The notes beneath the pieces are model-generated. The model was not told the DNA's origin and made no database searches. It saw only the letters and a list, made by a program, of their open reading frames with translations. From a virus, in the IMG/VR virus record IMGVR_UViG_3300036859_000726, positions 3,239-67,238 of that record: 64,000 nucleotides of DNA; one strand, written 5' to 3'. Shown here piece by piece: positions 47,746 through 57,010 of this stretch (position 1 is the first letter of the stretch; every line of letters begins with the position of its first letter). The translations under genes and the position numbers were made by a program.

Positions 47746-49356
47746 ATGGGCAAGCTTTCTGGAATCTCCAAAGCTCTGCAAAGGGTCTCTGAACAACCTG
47801 TCGGCTCCGGCAGGCAAGCAGCCACAAGAGCTCGTGCAGCAGAGCGTGAGTGGACTGGCAACACACGCAAGGGGCAGCTGAAAGGTCTGCAAGACTATTT
47901 CGAGCATGCAGACCCGACCGCAGTGCGGACATCTGCTCCGTCGCCTGATGTGATCGAGCCAACGCCTGAGTTGCTTGCCAAACCAGAGCGTCGCGAGGGA
48001 ATCACACCGAAGCTTGATCTTCGTCGTCGTGCGCAGGACGCAGAAGAGCTGGCCAGCGGCTACCACTCATTCGCCAACGAGATGGATCGTGATCCTCGTG
48101 AAATGAATTACTTCGTCGACGCGAACAAGCTCAAAGCCCTAAACGACAACTATGGCTTCAGTGTCGGCGATCGGCTAATCGAGCTTCAGAACCAGTATCT
48201 GCGCGATGAACTCGCAGGACTCGACCCTAGAGTCAAGGCGATCATGGCCCGCGGCCCTGGTGATGAAGTGTTCCTCGCAGGCAATGATGATGCTGTCATG
48301 CGAGAAGCGATCGAGAGGGCGAACCACAAGTTGATCACCGAAGGCGTCCACATGGATTTGCCGGGCGGCGCCAAGCGCACTATCTCAGGTGTTGCAAGCC
48401 TCAAGTATGGCGCCGGCAAAACTCTGGATGACGCCGAGCTGGACATGATGGCTCGAAAGGCTGCAGGACTTGATGACAGAGCTGATGCATCTGAGGCCAT
48501 TGAAGTCATCGAAGAGCCTCGTGTTCGTGATGGATCTCTCAGCCAGATTCGCAAGTTCCTCAATCGCTACGAGGGTGGCCTTGTTGGCATGGGTGCGAAG
48601 TATCCTGATGCCGTTGAAGGCGAATATGAAGATGGCGACGAATATCTTGGCGAGGATGATGAATTCGAGTACTATGCCACTGGCGGCCAGGTCCAGGGCT
48701 ATTTCCTTGGCGGGCTCAAGAAGGCTGTGAAGAAAGGATTCAAGAAAGTCTCGAAGGTCGCCAACCTGCCTGCAAAGCTACTCAGCAAGGTTCCAGGTGT
48801 CAAATCAATCGCGAAGGTCGTGGCGAAAGCTGCGCCTGCGCTTGGATTCATTCCTGGCGTAGGAACTCTCGCAGGAGGCCTGATTGGTGGTGTTGCAGGC
48901 AACATTGCCTCTGGAGGCAAGACGAGCGGCTTCCTGAAGGGTGCACTAGCAGGCGCAAGTGGCGGCATCGGAGGCGGCATAGCCAAGGGTGTTGCAGGAA
49001 AACTCGGCAGCGGACTTCTGGCGAAAGCTGCAGGAAAGGTGACTGGAGAGGTCGCGACCGGTCTGATGGGATCAGCGATGAAGAAGCTGACTAGTGATCC
49101 ATCCGGCAAGTCTCTCACCAAGGAAGAGAGGGTTGCTCTTCAGCAAGGAGGCGGACAGCCTAGTCAGCCTGCGGTCGACCTCGCCGCCCTGCGTCAGTCA
49201 GCAATGGCAACAAATGCCGCGGCACCGACTCAGCTATCAATGGTTCAGCCTCAAGTTCCGCGAGTGGCTCCTCAAATTCCAATGGCTGGCAGCCAGGGAC
49301 TACTTCAGCAGATTCAGGCTCAACAGGCGCAGAATTTCCCGAGACAGGTCGCATAG
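47746..49356 (+). CDS. Internal virion/ejection protein with GGDEF-like nucleotide cyclase domain
   Basis: FVDANKLKALNDNYGFSVGDRLI ... ARGPGDEV ... DAELDMMARKAAG; YYATGG/YFLGG motifs; Gly-rich membrane-like C-terminus. Confidence 0.75.
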   Translation: MGKLSGISKALQRVSEQPVGSGRQAATRARAAEREWTGNTRKGQLKGLQDYFEHADPTAVRTSAPSPDVIEPTPELLAKPERREGITPKLDLRRRAQDAEELASGYHSFANEMDRDPREMNYFVDANKLKALNDNYGFSVGDRLIELQNQYLRDELAGLDPRVKAIMARGPGDEVFLAGNDDAVMREAIERANHKLITEGVHMDLPGGAKRTISGVASLKYGAGKTLDDAELDMMARKAAGLDDRADASEAIEVIEEPRVRDGSLSQIRKFLNRYEGGLVGMGAKYPDAVEGEYEDGDEYLGEDDEFEYYATGGQVQGYFLGGLKKAVKKGFKKVSKVANLPAKLLSKVPGVKSIAKVVAKAAPALGFIPGVGTLAGGLIGGVAGNIASGGKTSGFLKGALAGASGGIGGGIAKGVAGKLGSGLLAKAAGKVTGEVATGLMGSAMKKLTSDPSGKSLTKEERVALQQGGGQPSQPAVDLAALRQSAMATNAAAPTQLSMVQPQVPRVAPQIPMAGSQGLLQQIQAQQAQNFPRQVA

Positions 49357-49549
49357 ATATCAAAGGCTTCTGATACGAAGGATCGACTTCGACGTGGTAC
49401 TTGCAGATGTATAGTCTGCCACGCCACATATAGCCTTCCATGATGAAGACTTGGCCATCTTCAACATGGTCGACGCCTATGCGCTTCTTACCGAACAGCC
49501 TGGCAAGCATGAACTTCCACCAAGGCTCTCTTGTGTGTGGTATGCCCAT
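49160..49549 (-). CDS. Hypothetical protein overlapping the 3' end of the opposite-strand gene
   Basis: TGATG coupling to the upstream minus gene. Confidence 0.35.
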   Translation of the reverse strand: MGIPHTREPWWKFMLARLFGKKRIGVDHVEDGQVFIMEGYMWRGRLYICKYHVEVDPSYQKPLISMRPVSGNSAPVEPESAEVVPGCQPLEFEEPLAELEAEPLIAESVPRHLLPLLTDAGRRGRPQAD

Positions 49550-49749
49550 CAGTGACTCTTGTTGCATGTCCTGCATGTGATGTCTACACATTCCATCCAG
49601 TCAAGACGAACGAACTTCCCGTCCCTCTGACTGACGCTATTGTTGTTCGAAAGGAAGTGCATGACGTCCTCTGGAGTGTTGAAGTCTGGCAAGTCCTCTC
49701 GTCTGACTTTGCCTCCCAGTTGCAGAATTTCAAATGCGTGGAACATCAA
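49549..49749 (-). CDS. Hypothetical protein with C-terminal CxxCxxC
   Basis: Coupled ORF. Confidence 0.5.
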   Translation of the reverse strand: MMFHAFEILQLGGKVRREDLPDFNTPEDVMHFLSNNNSVSQRDGKFVRLDWMECVDITCRTCNKSH

Positions 49750-49931
49750 TCCTCCTCATACTTGTGTGGCTCTGAATGTCCGTCACCGAGTCTGCATCTT
49801 GCAGTTCCCGGCCAATCTCCTTTGACCCAATCACAGCGCAAGTAGTGCGGCAACACGCCTTTTGGCCTTGGATCTCTTTGCGCGCACTTTGCTGCTAGAG
49901 CAGGATCGGCCCTGCCCTTATCATCCTTCAT
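49746..49931 (-). CDS. Small Cys/His-containing protein
   Basis: Coupled ORF starting MKDDKG. Confidence 0.45.
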   Translation of the reverse strand: MKDDKGRADPALAAKCAQRDPRPKGVLPHYLRCDWVKGDWPGTARCRLGDGHSEPHKYEED

Positions 49932-50241
49932 AATAGAACTCCCTCTGGCCGCGGCGCTTTGGTGTTGGCGCAGCGGAAAGATGTCTGTTAAGCCTTGTGA
50001 TAAAATGCTGAACCATTGAGTGGTTGGACCACTTAACAAGTGCAGCATCGAAGGCGACTCTGCCGCCCTCTGTTATTGCGATCTGCAGATCCTTTCGCAT
50101 CTGCCGAACTTCATTTGACAGGGCCTCTCGAAACTCCAGAGTCCCTTTATGAAACATGACTATGAAAGACTGCGTGTCTTGAGATGCCTTAGTCACACAG
50201 TTCCATGCGGAAGCGTCATCACGGAATGGCCTGATGTTCAT
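49921..50241 (-). CDS. Hypothetical protein
   Basis: TAATG coupling. Confidence 0.55.
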   Translation of the reverse strand: MNIRPFRDDASAWNCVTKASQDTQSFIVMFHKGTLEFREALSNEVRQMRKDLQIAITEGGRVAFDAALVKWSNHSMVQHFITRLNRHLSAAPTPKRRGQREFYYEG

Positions 50242-50567
50242 TAGTTTGGCTTCCCTGATGTTTGTTGCGAACGAAGTGATCTTTGATGAACACACTTTGG
50301 GCATTCACAGCCGGTGTCTACCCAGGCCTCTATCAGCCCATGCTGAACATTCACAAGCTCAAGCTGGAGCTCTGATTGTCCTTGCATGTACCCATTCAGT
50401 GTGAGAGCGATGAGGAGTGGAACGAGATCATCAATAGCCATGTCTTTATATCCAAAGACAACGCGATCAATTATCTCTGCATTCGTGATGCTCGTCATAG
50501 CGAGGTCAGATCCAGCCCTGAAGACTGTGTCGCTCGGTATGTATTTTGGTTTGTATTCTTCAGTCAT
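50241..50567 (-). CDS. Hypothetical protein
   Basis: ATGA coupling to the ligase gene. Confidence 0.6.
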   Translation of the reverse strand: MTEEYKPKYIPSDTVFRAGSDLAMTSITNAEIIDRVVFGYKDMAIDDLVPLLIALTLNGYMQGQSELQLELVNVQHGLIEAWVDTGCECPKCVHQRSLRSQQTSGKPN

Positions 50568-51565
50568 AGAGCCCTCTTATCTTCTCGCAGTCTCAAGAAC
50601 ACATACGCTCCTTGCTCAGACTTCTCTCCAGAGAGAGTCTCCCTGACATGCTCATGCCTCTTAAGCTCGATACCGCAGCCGCGAATCGTCTCTCGACGAG
50701 CCCACATATCTGCAGCCTTCTCCATATCGAATCCTGTACCGACAACGACCTCCTTTCCGTTTGGAAGGATCACGTTGATTGACCCAACCAATCCTGTCGG
50801 CTTCAGATTGGCTTTGAATGAGTGTCGCCTCAATTTGCCGTCATGCGTGTCCTTCGCTTCATTCGCATTGTGAAGGCGTTCGCTAACAGACAGGATGACT
50901 CCGTCTATGGTCTCTTCGCCTTTGATTCGCATGAAGAACGGGCGAGTCGCTGTTGATCTCGTTGGAAAATAGGGCATCTTGGCCGGGCGAAGTATGACCC
51001 CTTCAACCGTCTCACCCTGCGCGGCGCGAGGTTTGCAAGTCATAGGGTCATAGACGATCACGCCCTTGATCACCTCAATGACGTCAATAGTTTCAATTAG
51101 GATGCAACAAGGAAGGTCTTGCGCCTTCAACCTGGCATATCTACTCGAGAAGCCGCCCTCCGTTGCATAATCGAACATATGAAGATTGGCGAAGCATGGA
51201 CCCTCTTTTCTGTTGACGTCACTAACAGTCTTTGCCCATGAGTCGCTAGCGAGGCGATTACCAACAATCAGCTCGCCGCAGATTCCATCAGGAACATACT
51301 TGAACTTGTCCTGCAGCTCTTTGCGGAATGGAGCCATAGTTCGAGTTCGAAGGACGCCGCCCTTCTTTATTGCGTACACGCCATCAAGCTTCGGGAGGAC
51401 ATAGACATGGTCGCTAAATGAAAGCATCCTCTCCTTGTTCTTGCCTATTGCGACTATCCTCATGTCAGAGTTGACAGAGACTGACAATGCTTTTGAAGGT
51501 GCTATTTCAATAATAGTCATCATCGCCTCGCTCGGGTTCTGGTTCAGAGCTGCAAGAAGCTTCAT
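50564..51565 (-). CDS. lig: ATP-dependent DNA ligase (true start probably further downstream)
   Basis: Motif I VLPKLDG; EGVILR; VGTGF. Confidence 0.85.
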   Translation of the reverse strand: MKLLAALNQNPSEAMMTIIEIAPSKALSVSVNSDMRIVAIGKNKERMLSFSDHVYVLPKLDGVYAIKKGGVLRTRTMAPFRKELQDKFKYVPDGICGELIVGNRLASDSWAKTVSDVNRKEGPCFANLHMFDYATEGGFSSRYARLKAQDLPCCILIETIDVIEVIKGVIVYDPMTCKPRAAQGETVEGVILRPAKMPYFPTRSTATRPFFMRIKGEETIDGVILSVSERLHNANEAKDTHDGKLRRHSFKANLKPTGLVGSINVILPNGKEVVVGTGFDMEKAADMWARRETIRGCGIELKRHEHVRETLSGEKSEQGAYVFLRLREDKRAL

Positions 51566-51800
51566 GCCATTCTATCGCAGCCCAAATTCTTTCTTGAGCA
51601 TATCCGCTCAGTTGATCAAAGTCAATTTTCTCGCCACCATCGATTTTGGTGATCGACTCAATGTCTATCTCAGGCGGATCGCCAGGATACCAGGCTCCGT
51701 CTGAGAAGTAGTCAGAGCTTCCTGCTGTGTATGAGTACTCGACTTCGCAGTCAAATGAGTTCTCATCATCCAATACCACGAGCGTTGTTACCGTTCCCAT
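51507..51800 (-). CDS. Very acidic small protein
   Basis: About 25 D/E versus 4 K/R in 97 aa (hand count). Confidence 0.7.
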   Translation of the reverse strand: MGTVTTLVVLDDENSFDCEVEYSYTAGSSDYFSDGAWYPGDPPEIDIESITKIDGGEKIDFDQLSGYAQERIWAAIEWHEASCSSEPEPERGDDDYY

Positions 51801-51803
51801 AGC

Positions 51804-53357
51804 TTATTCTACCGCTGGAATGGCGCAGTAAGGGACTGGCCTGTCATCGCCAAGTACAGTGCTCGCAGTCTCACCCTTCCACTCGAGGGCGATAGCGATC
51901 TCTTCATCAACAGTATCCTCTGCCACCAAATTGATATACAGCACAGACTTCTCCGTGCCGATGCGATGATTTCGATCTTCGGACTGAGATCTTGATCCCC
52001 AGTTGTAGCTTTGGCTGAAGTAGATAGCGCGCTCGGCAGCCGTCAATGTGAGGCCAACGCCGCCACTCGCAGCCTGCCCTATGAACACACGGAACTTTCC
52101 TGCCTGGAATCCGTCAACAGCGATCTCTCGCTCACTCTTGCTGATATCACCGTGGTACTGGCAGCTTGTGATGCCCATCTCTGTTAGCATCGCGTGGATC
52201 GCCCTTATCTCCTCCTTGAAGTGCGCCCACACTATGAACTGGCCCTGCTGATCTTCAATCAGATTCTTGAGCGCCTCGAGACGCGGATTGTCAGTAGCGA
52301 TGTACTCAGCGCGGCCATCAGGGAACAGCACGAATCCTGATGTGATCTGCTGCATCTTAATGCGAGAAGTTAGCGCTGTTGCCTCAAGCAGGTCGCCGCC
52401 GACCTCCAAGAAGTGTTGTCGCTTGATCTGCTCGTACGCAGCTCTCTGTGCAGGACTCAATTCAAACGTGATCGTCCTGTAGATCTTGTCTGGCAGATCA
52501 AGGCAGTCCTTCTTGAGCACTCGGAATGTGACTGCCTCAGTAATGGAGCGAAGCTCTTCTAGATTGCGCCATTGCGGGCGACCATCAGCATCCTTCTGCA
52601 CCATCTGCGGCCCATGCCACTTGGCAGTCTCAGGTGTCCACGTTCCAGCCTTCTTGGCTGCTTTGTCGAGCTCCTGCGCCTTCTTCGCCCATGGATTAGA
52701 CCTGGCTGCCCTTTCCGCAATGTGTCGCATGATGCCGGTGTGATCAGGCATGAGCTTCGCATAGCGAGCAACGAAGTTTCGATAGTCCTTATTCCAGAAC
52801 CCAGGCTTCATGAACTCGAATTGACTGTACAAGTCTGGCGGCGAGTTCGTGAGCGGCGTACCAGTCGAAATCCTCCGGCATGTCGCTACCAGCCCAAGCT
52901 TCTGAACACGCTTCGTCACAGTGGCGGTCGGGGATTTGATGCGATGGGACTCATCAATGATGAGCATCACCTTTCGACCCTTCATGAAGTTAGACACGAC
53001 AAGGAATCCTTCCTTGTGGCACAGAGCCTCTAGATTGATGCACAGGATCTTCAGACTCTTCGTCGCGTCCTTCATCAGCATCTTATAGCCTTCCATGGAG
53101 CGACCAGCACGATATGCCCAGACCTTGACTGGACCAGTCATATGCTTTGGGATCTCGCGCCGCGACCAGTTGGTGTGAACGCCGTTCGGCGCAACAACGA
53201 CGACTGCATCGATCTTATCAGCCTGGTAGCACCGCTCTGCGTCAGCAAGTAGGACCCACGTCTTTCCTGTGCCCTGCTCCATGAACAGAGCACCCCAGCG
53301 CCTGGAATCAAGATAGTTGAGCGCATCAGTTTGATGCGACATCGCTGTTGTCTTCAT
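51804..53357 (-). CDS. SNF2-family DNA helicase
   Basis: MEQGTGKT; IIDESH; TGTP; GGVGLTL; QSEDRNHRIG. Confidence 0.9.
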   Translation of the reverse strand: MKTTAMSHQTDALNYLDSRRWGALFMEQGTGKTWVLLADAERCYQADKIDAVVVVAPNGVHTNWSRREIPKHMTGPVKVWAYRAGRSMEGYKMLMKDATKSLKILCINLEALCHKEGFLVVSNFMKGRKVMLIIDESHRIKSPTATVTKRVQKLGLVATCRRISTGTPLTNSPPDLYSQFEFMKPGFWNKDYRNFVARYAKLMPDHTGIMRHIAERAARSNPWAKKAQELDKAAKKAGTWTPETAKWHGPQMVQKDADGRPQWRNLEELRSITEAVTFRVLKKDCLDLPDKIYRTITFELSPAQRAAYEQIKRQHFLEVGGDLLEATALTSRIKMQQITSGFVLFPDGRAEYIATDNPRLEALKNLIEDQQGQFIVWAHFKEEIRAIHAMLTEMGITSCQYHGDISKSEREIAVDGFQAGKFRVFIGQAASGGVGLTLTAAERAIYFSQSYNWGSRSQSEDRNHRIGTEKSVLYINLVAEDTVDEEIAIALEWKGETASTVLGDDRPVPYCAIPAVE

Positions 53358-53812
53358 TCTTTGAACCCGAATGCCTTCATGAACAGGTATTGCCAGTCAG
53401 GAACGCCATAAAGGCGCTTCAAGACCACGTGAGTATACGCCTGCAGCCTAGTCCGGGGCGCGTTAGCCGAGGGAGTTAGCTGCAAATTAGGAGGGATGTC
53501 GCGGCCAGGAATGAGATACAACTGCATCTGGTTATCACGCGCAATAGCGAAGGAAATGCCGCCATGATGCGAATAAGAGCGATGCCATTTGACCTGATCT
53601 ACCTCAAACGTGTCTGTTTTCACGATAGGCGTGGACGGCATCTTGGGAACTTGGAGGACTTTCAGCTCGAACCAAATCGTCTTTCCTTCAAGCAATGCAT
53701 GAACGTCAGGTATGCCAGCCGCAAGCCCGTTCTCAACGCGCTCTAAGCGTAGGCGGTCCGGCGCGTGGCGCTTCATCGCCTCGTAAACCAGCTGTTCTGC
53801 CTTCTTAGCCAA
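53354..53812 (-). CDS. PD-(D/E)xK nuclease (VRR-NUC/Holliday junction resolvase-like)
   Basis: GIPDV...WFELK. Confidence 0.8.
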   Translation of the reverse strand: MAKKAEQLVYEAMKRHAPDRLRLERVENGLAAGIPDVHALLEGKTIWFELKVLQVPKMPSTPIVKTDTFEVDQVKWHRSYSHHGGISFAIARDNQMQLYLIPGRDIPPNLQLTPSANAPRTRLQAYTHVVLKRLYGVPDWQYLFMKAFGFKE

Positions 53813-56594
53813 ATACGATCTCCGGGCGCGTCAGACAGCGCATCTTGTCGATTGATATCATGGAGAAGCCTTTGAGCCAGCGACCCCTGATCAGCACCCA
53901 GTCCTTGTTATCCAGTAAAGTGTCTGCTGCAAACTTGCCCATCTTCTCCCAATCTCGAGGTTTGATTCGAGCGAGGACTGGCTGGGATACGGAGTCGTCG
54001 ACGATGAACATATCCAGGAAGAGTGACTGAGCGTCCTTGTAAAGTTTGTTACCTCGACGCTGGAAGCGGACCGCCTCGTTCTCGTCTCGTCGCTCGCGCC
54101 GCACGATCTTGGCGATGATACACGCATCTTCTCTGTCCTCCAACTGACCGATCAGCTTGACCTTTCCTCGTATGCCGTGCATAGCAGGATTGTCATATAA
54201 GTCACCCCACAGAGTTCGGCCCTCGGTAAGATCCTTAAACTTGACTGTGGAAGCAAGCAGCTTCGCTTTTGCCTCCTTGGTTAGCGTGCCAGCCTTGCGC
54301 TTCGCCAGGTACTGCCCTGCCTTCGCCGGTCCGATGCCGACGATGTTCATGTACCCACCATATAGCACACCGTCCTGCACACTCCAATTCGCCTCGCTCT
54401 TATCCGGATCAAATGGGATGTAGTCAATGCCTTCGTCGCGCAACTCGCGTAGCATCTCCACGACCTGTTCATCGCCTTTGTTCGATCGGAGCAGAGCTGC
54501 AGCGAACTTCATTGGATAGTGAGCCTTCACATAGGCCGTCCAGAATGTCACGATTCCGTATGAAACACTGTGCGACGCATTGAACGCCCAGGATCCCATA
54601 TGAACCATCACACGCCACATTTCTACAGCGTCCTCTGCGGACACCCCGTGCTTGGCTGAACCGACGACGAACTTGTCGCGCATCTGGTTGAAGAACTCAA
54701 CTCCGCGGCGACCAGACATTGACTTGCGAATCAATGAGACCTCTGCCCAGGTGAAGTCACCGATCTCGCGACAGACGCGCATGATGCTCTCTTGGAACAC
54801 CATAACACCCTGTGTGGCGGCGAGGATGTCCTTCAGCAGCGGATGGCAAGTGACTGGTTCAGAGCCATTCTTGCGCTTGATGTACGAATTGGTGCCGCCG
54901 CCCGCCAGTGGTCCAGGCCTCGCTAACGCGCCGAGATGGTTGATCTCCAAGAAGGAGGTCACATGAACCTGGGTCGCCACTCGGCGGGCAGCCGCACCTT
55001 CGAGCTGAAACAGACCGCTGAACTTCTTGTCATTGATGACATCAAAAGCAGCCTGGTCGTGCAGCTTCAAGTCATAGAACTCTTGGTTCGTCAGCGCTTC
55101 GGCGTCTTCCAGCACACCCAGCGTGCGGAGTCCAAGCGCGTCGATCTTCAACAGTCCCAGATACTCGGCATCCTTCTTGTCGACGCAAGCGACGCCTTCG
55201 TCGGTCACGGTGCAGAAGTCATGTATTGGCTGGTTGTTCACAATGACACCAGCGGCGTGCACTGATGTTGTGAACGGGGTCTGCTCTGCCTTTCCTGCGA
55301 GCGCCATTTCAGGATAGTCCGCCGCGAACTTCTTGCCCTCGGCAGTCTGAATCATCGTGTCTTCAAGCGAGTGTCCGTAGCGCGAGTCGCCGGAGCTGTA
55401 CTCGATGAGTTGATTGATCAGGTTGAATGTTGTACCCTTTGGCACACCCATTCGTTTGCCGCATTCAAGCAGCACCGATTTGGGTTGCATCGATACAACG
55501 TTACCGACTCTAGCGACCTGTGCCTCTCCATACTTCTTCTTGAGGTAGTCGAACACGAGCTCTCGCTTAACATCCGAGAGATCGACGTCGATATCTGGCC
55601 AGTCGCTACGATTGACGTCGATAAACCTTTCGAAGAGGAGGTCGTGCTCAAGAGGATCCACTTCTGTGATTTGAAGCAGATAACAAACGAGAGATCCGGC
55701 GGAGGACCCGCGTCCTGGGCCAACGAGCATATGTTGCTTCGCAAATCGAACCATGTCTCCGACAACGAGGAAGTAGGATTGATATCCTTTCTCGTAGATG
55801 AGCTCACGCTCTCTCTTGAGGCGTTGTTCATGCTTCTCGTCCCAGACAATATGGCCCTTACCGACTCGATAACGGATCCCTTCTGCGATCTCGGCGTCAA
55901 GATCTCCTTCAGTTTGGACCAGGGCAGCTTTCGCAAGTTTGACTCCTTGGAGGCGTTCAGCAGCCTCGTATGTACCCTTGATCGCCTTCTCAAGGATGTC
56001 GTCTGGGATATGGTTCATCACACCACGCAGCTCGTCGAGAGTCAGGATGTGAAGCGGGGTCGTGCGTTTCTGATCGACGAGCGCGAGATACACATCCCAG
56101 TCCGTTGCTCGCGCATAGGCGTTGTCACTGGTCAGCACTAGCGGCTTGCCTGTCCTCGTGTGAAGCTCAAGCTGACGCTTCGCAGCGATCAGTGAGCGAG
56201 GATTAAGGTCGATGTAGTCAAAACACATCGGATCGTCAAGGAGGGCGCCAGAGAATCGTATGGCACAATTGCCCAGCTCCCAGGTGTCCTTCAACTTGAT
56301 CTCTGCATAGTGCTTGCTGGTCCAGTTGTAGAATTTTCGAATGTCCGTAGCCAGAGCCCATGCACCAGCGGCATTTCCGTCTGCCATCTTGACGGAGAAT
56401 TCTAGGCCAAAGGCGGGTGCGACCTTTGTCTCTTTGAGAGCTTTCTCAAAGCGAACATGGCCCCAAGTGCCGGTGTCAACGATCCCTGCGATCGGCGTCT
56501 CCAGATCCTGAAGCCGCGAGGCGACGTCGTTGATCGGCGCGAATGCTCGCTTGATCGAGAAGCTGGTACGGACTCTGAGCTGCGGGAATGTCAT
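53805..56594 (-). CDS. dnaE: DNA polymerase III alpha subunit (family C)
   Basis: GPGRGSSAGSLV; LLFERF; PDIDVD; LLKIDALGLRTL; FNASHSVSY. Confidence 0.95.
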   Translation of the reverse strand: MTFPQLRVRTSFSIKRAFAPINDVASRLQDLETPIAGIVDTGTWGHVRFEKALKETKVAPAFGLEFSVKMADGNAAGAWALATDIRKFYNWTSKHYAEIKLKDTWELGNCAIRFSGALLDDPMCFDYIDLNPRSLIAAKRQLELHTRTGKPLVLTSDNAYARATDWDVYLALVDQKRTTPLHILTLDELRGVMNHIPDDILEKAIKGTYEAAERLQGVKLAKAALVQTEGDLDAEIAEGIRYRVGKGHIVWDEKHEQRLKRERELIYEKGYQSYFLVVGDMVRFAKQHMLVGPGRGSSAGSLVCYLLQITEVDPLEHDLLFERFIDVNRSDWPDIDVDLSDVKRELVFDYLKKKYGEAQVARVGNVVSMQPKSVLLECGKRMGVPKGTTFNLINQLIEYSSGDSRYGHSLEDTMIQTAEGKKFAADYPEMALAGKAEQTPFTTSVHAAGVIVNNQPIHDFCTVTDEGVACVDKKDAEYLGLLKIDALGLRTLGVLEDAEALTNQEFYDLKLHDQAAFDVINDKKFSGLFQLEGAAARRVATQVHVTSFLEINHLGALARPGPLAGGGTNSYIKRKNGSEPVTCHPLLKDILAATQGVMVFQESIMRVCREIGDFTWAEVSLIRKSMSGRRGVEFFNQMRDKFVVGSAKHGVSAEDAVEMWRVMVHMGSWAFNASHSVSYGIVTFWTAYVKAHYPMKFAAALLRSNKGDEQVVEMLRELRDEGIDYIPFDPDKSEANWSVQDGVLYGGYMNIVGIGPAKAGQYLAKRKAGTLTKEAKAKLLASTVKFKDLTEGRTLWGDLYDNPAMHGIRGKVKLIGQLEDREDACIIAKIVRRERRDENEAVRFQRRGNKLYKDAQSLFLDMFIVDDSVSQPVLARIKPRDWEKMGKFAADTLLDNKDWVLIRGRWLKGFSMISIDKMRCLTRPEIVFG

Positions 56595-57010
56595 CGTGGC
56601 ATATTCCTGAGTGCTTCCATCATAGAGAACTGAAACTGGCTCATAGTACTGCTCATCATATTGTCGAACGCACCAGTCACTGCGCGAACAATGCCTTGGT
56701 CAAGACGATCTTTCAAAATCTTGAATACATCATCCTTGTGCACATCAAGCCAGTTCTTGACCATCTCTTTGACTTGCTCTTCAAGAAGCTCCTTCATGAG
56801 AGAGACGATCGGAATCGGACCTTCCTCCTTGCGCTCGTTGTAACTGCCTGGGTTGGTGATCTTGACGGAAGGCTTGAAGAATGCAGCCTGCACTGCGACA
56901 TCAACGATTTTCTTGAGCTCCTCGTCAGTCATGAGATCGCCCATCGACTCTCTGATCCGAGCGAACATCCTGCTCTGGAAGTCCGTCGCAGCCTGCACTT
57001 CGGTGCCCAT
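56591..57010 (-). CDS. Hypothetical protein
   Basis: Coupled ORF. Confidence 0.6.
   Translation of the reverse strand: MGTEVQAATDFQSRMFARIRESMGDLMTDEELKKIVDVAVQAAFFKPSVKITNPGSYNERKEEGPIPIVSLMKELLEEQVKEMVKNWLDVHKDDVFKILKDRLDQGIVRAVTGAFDNMMSSTMSQFQFSMMEALRNMPR

Noticed and set aside
53805-56594. Intein or intron in DnaE or terminase
   Set aside because: Lengths are normal, and no intein termini or LAGLIDADG/HNH inserts were seen.
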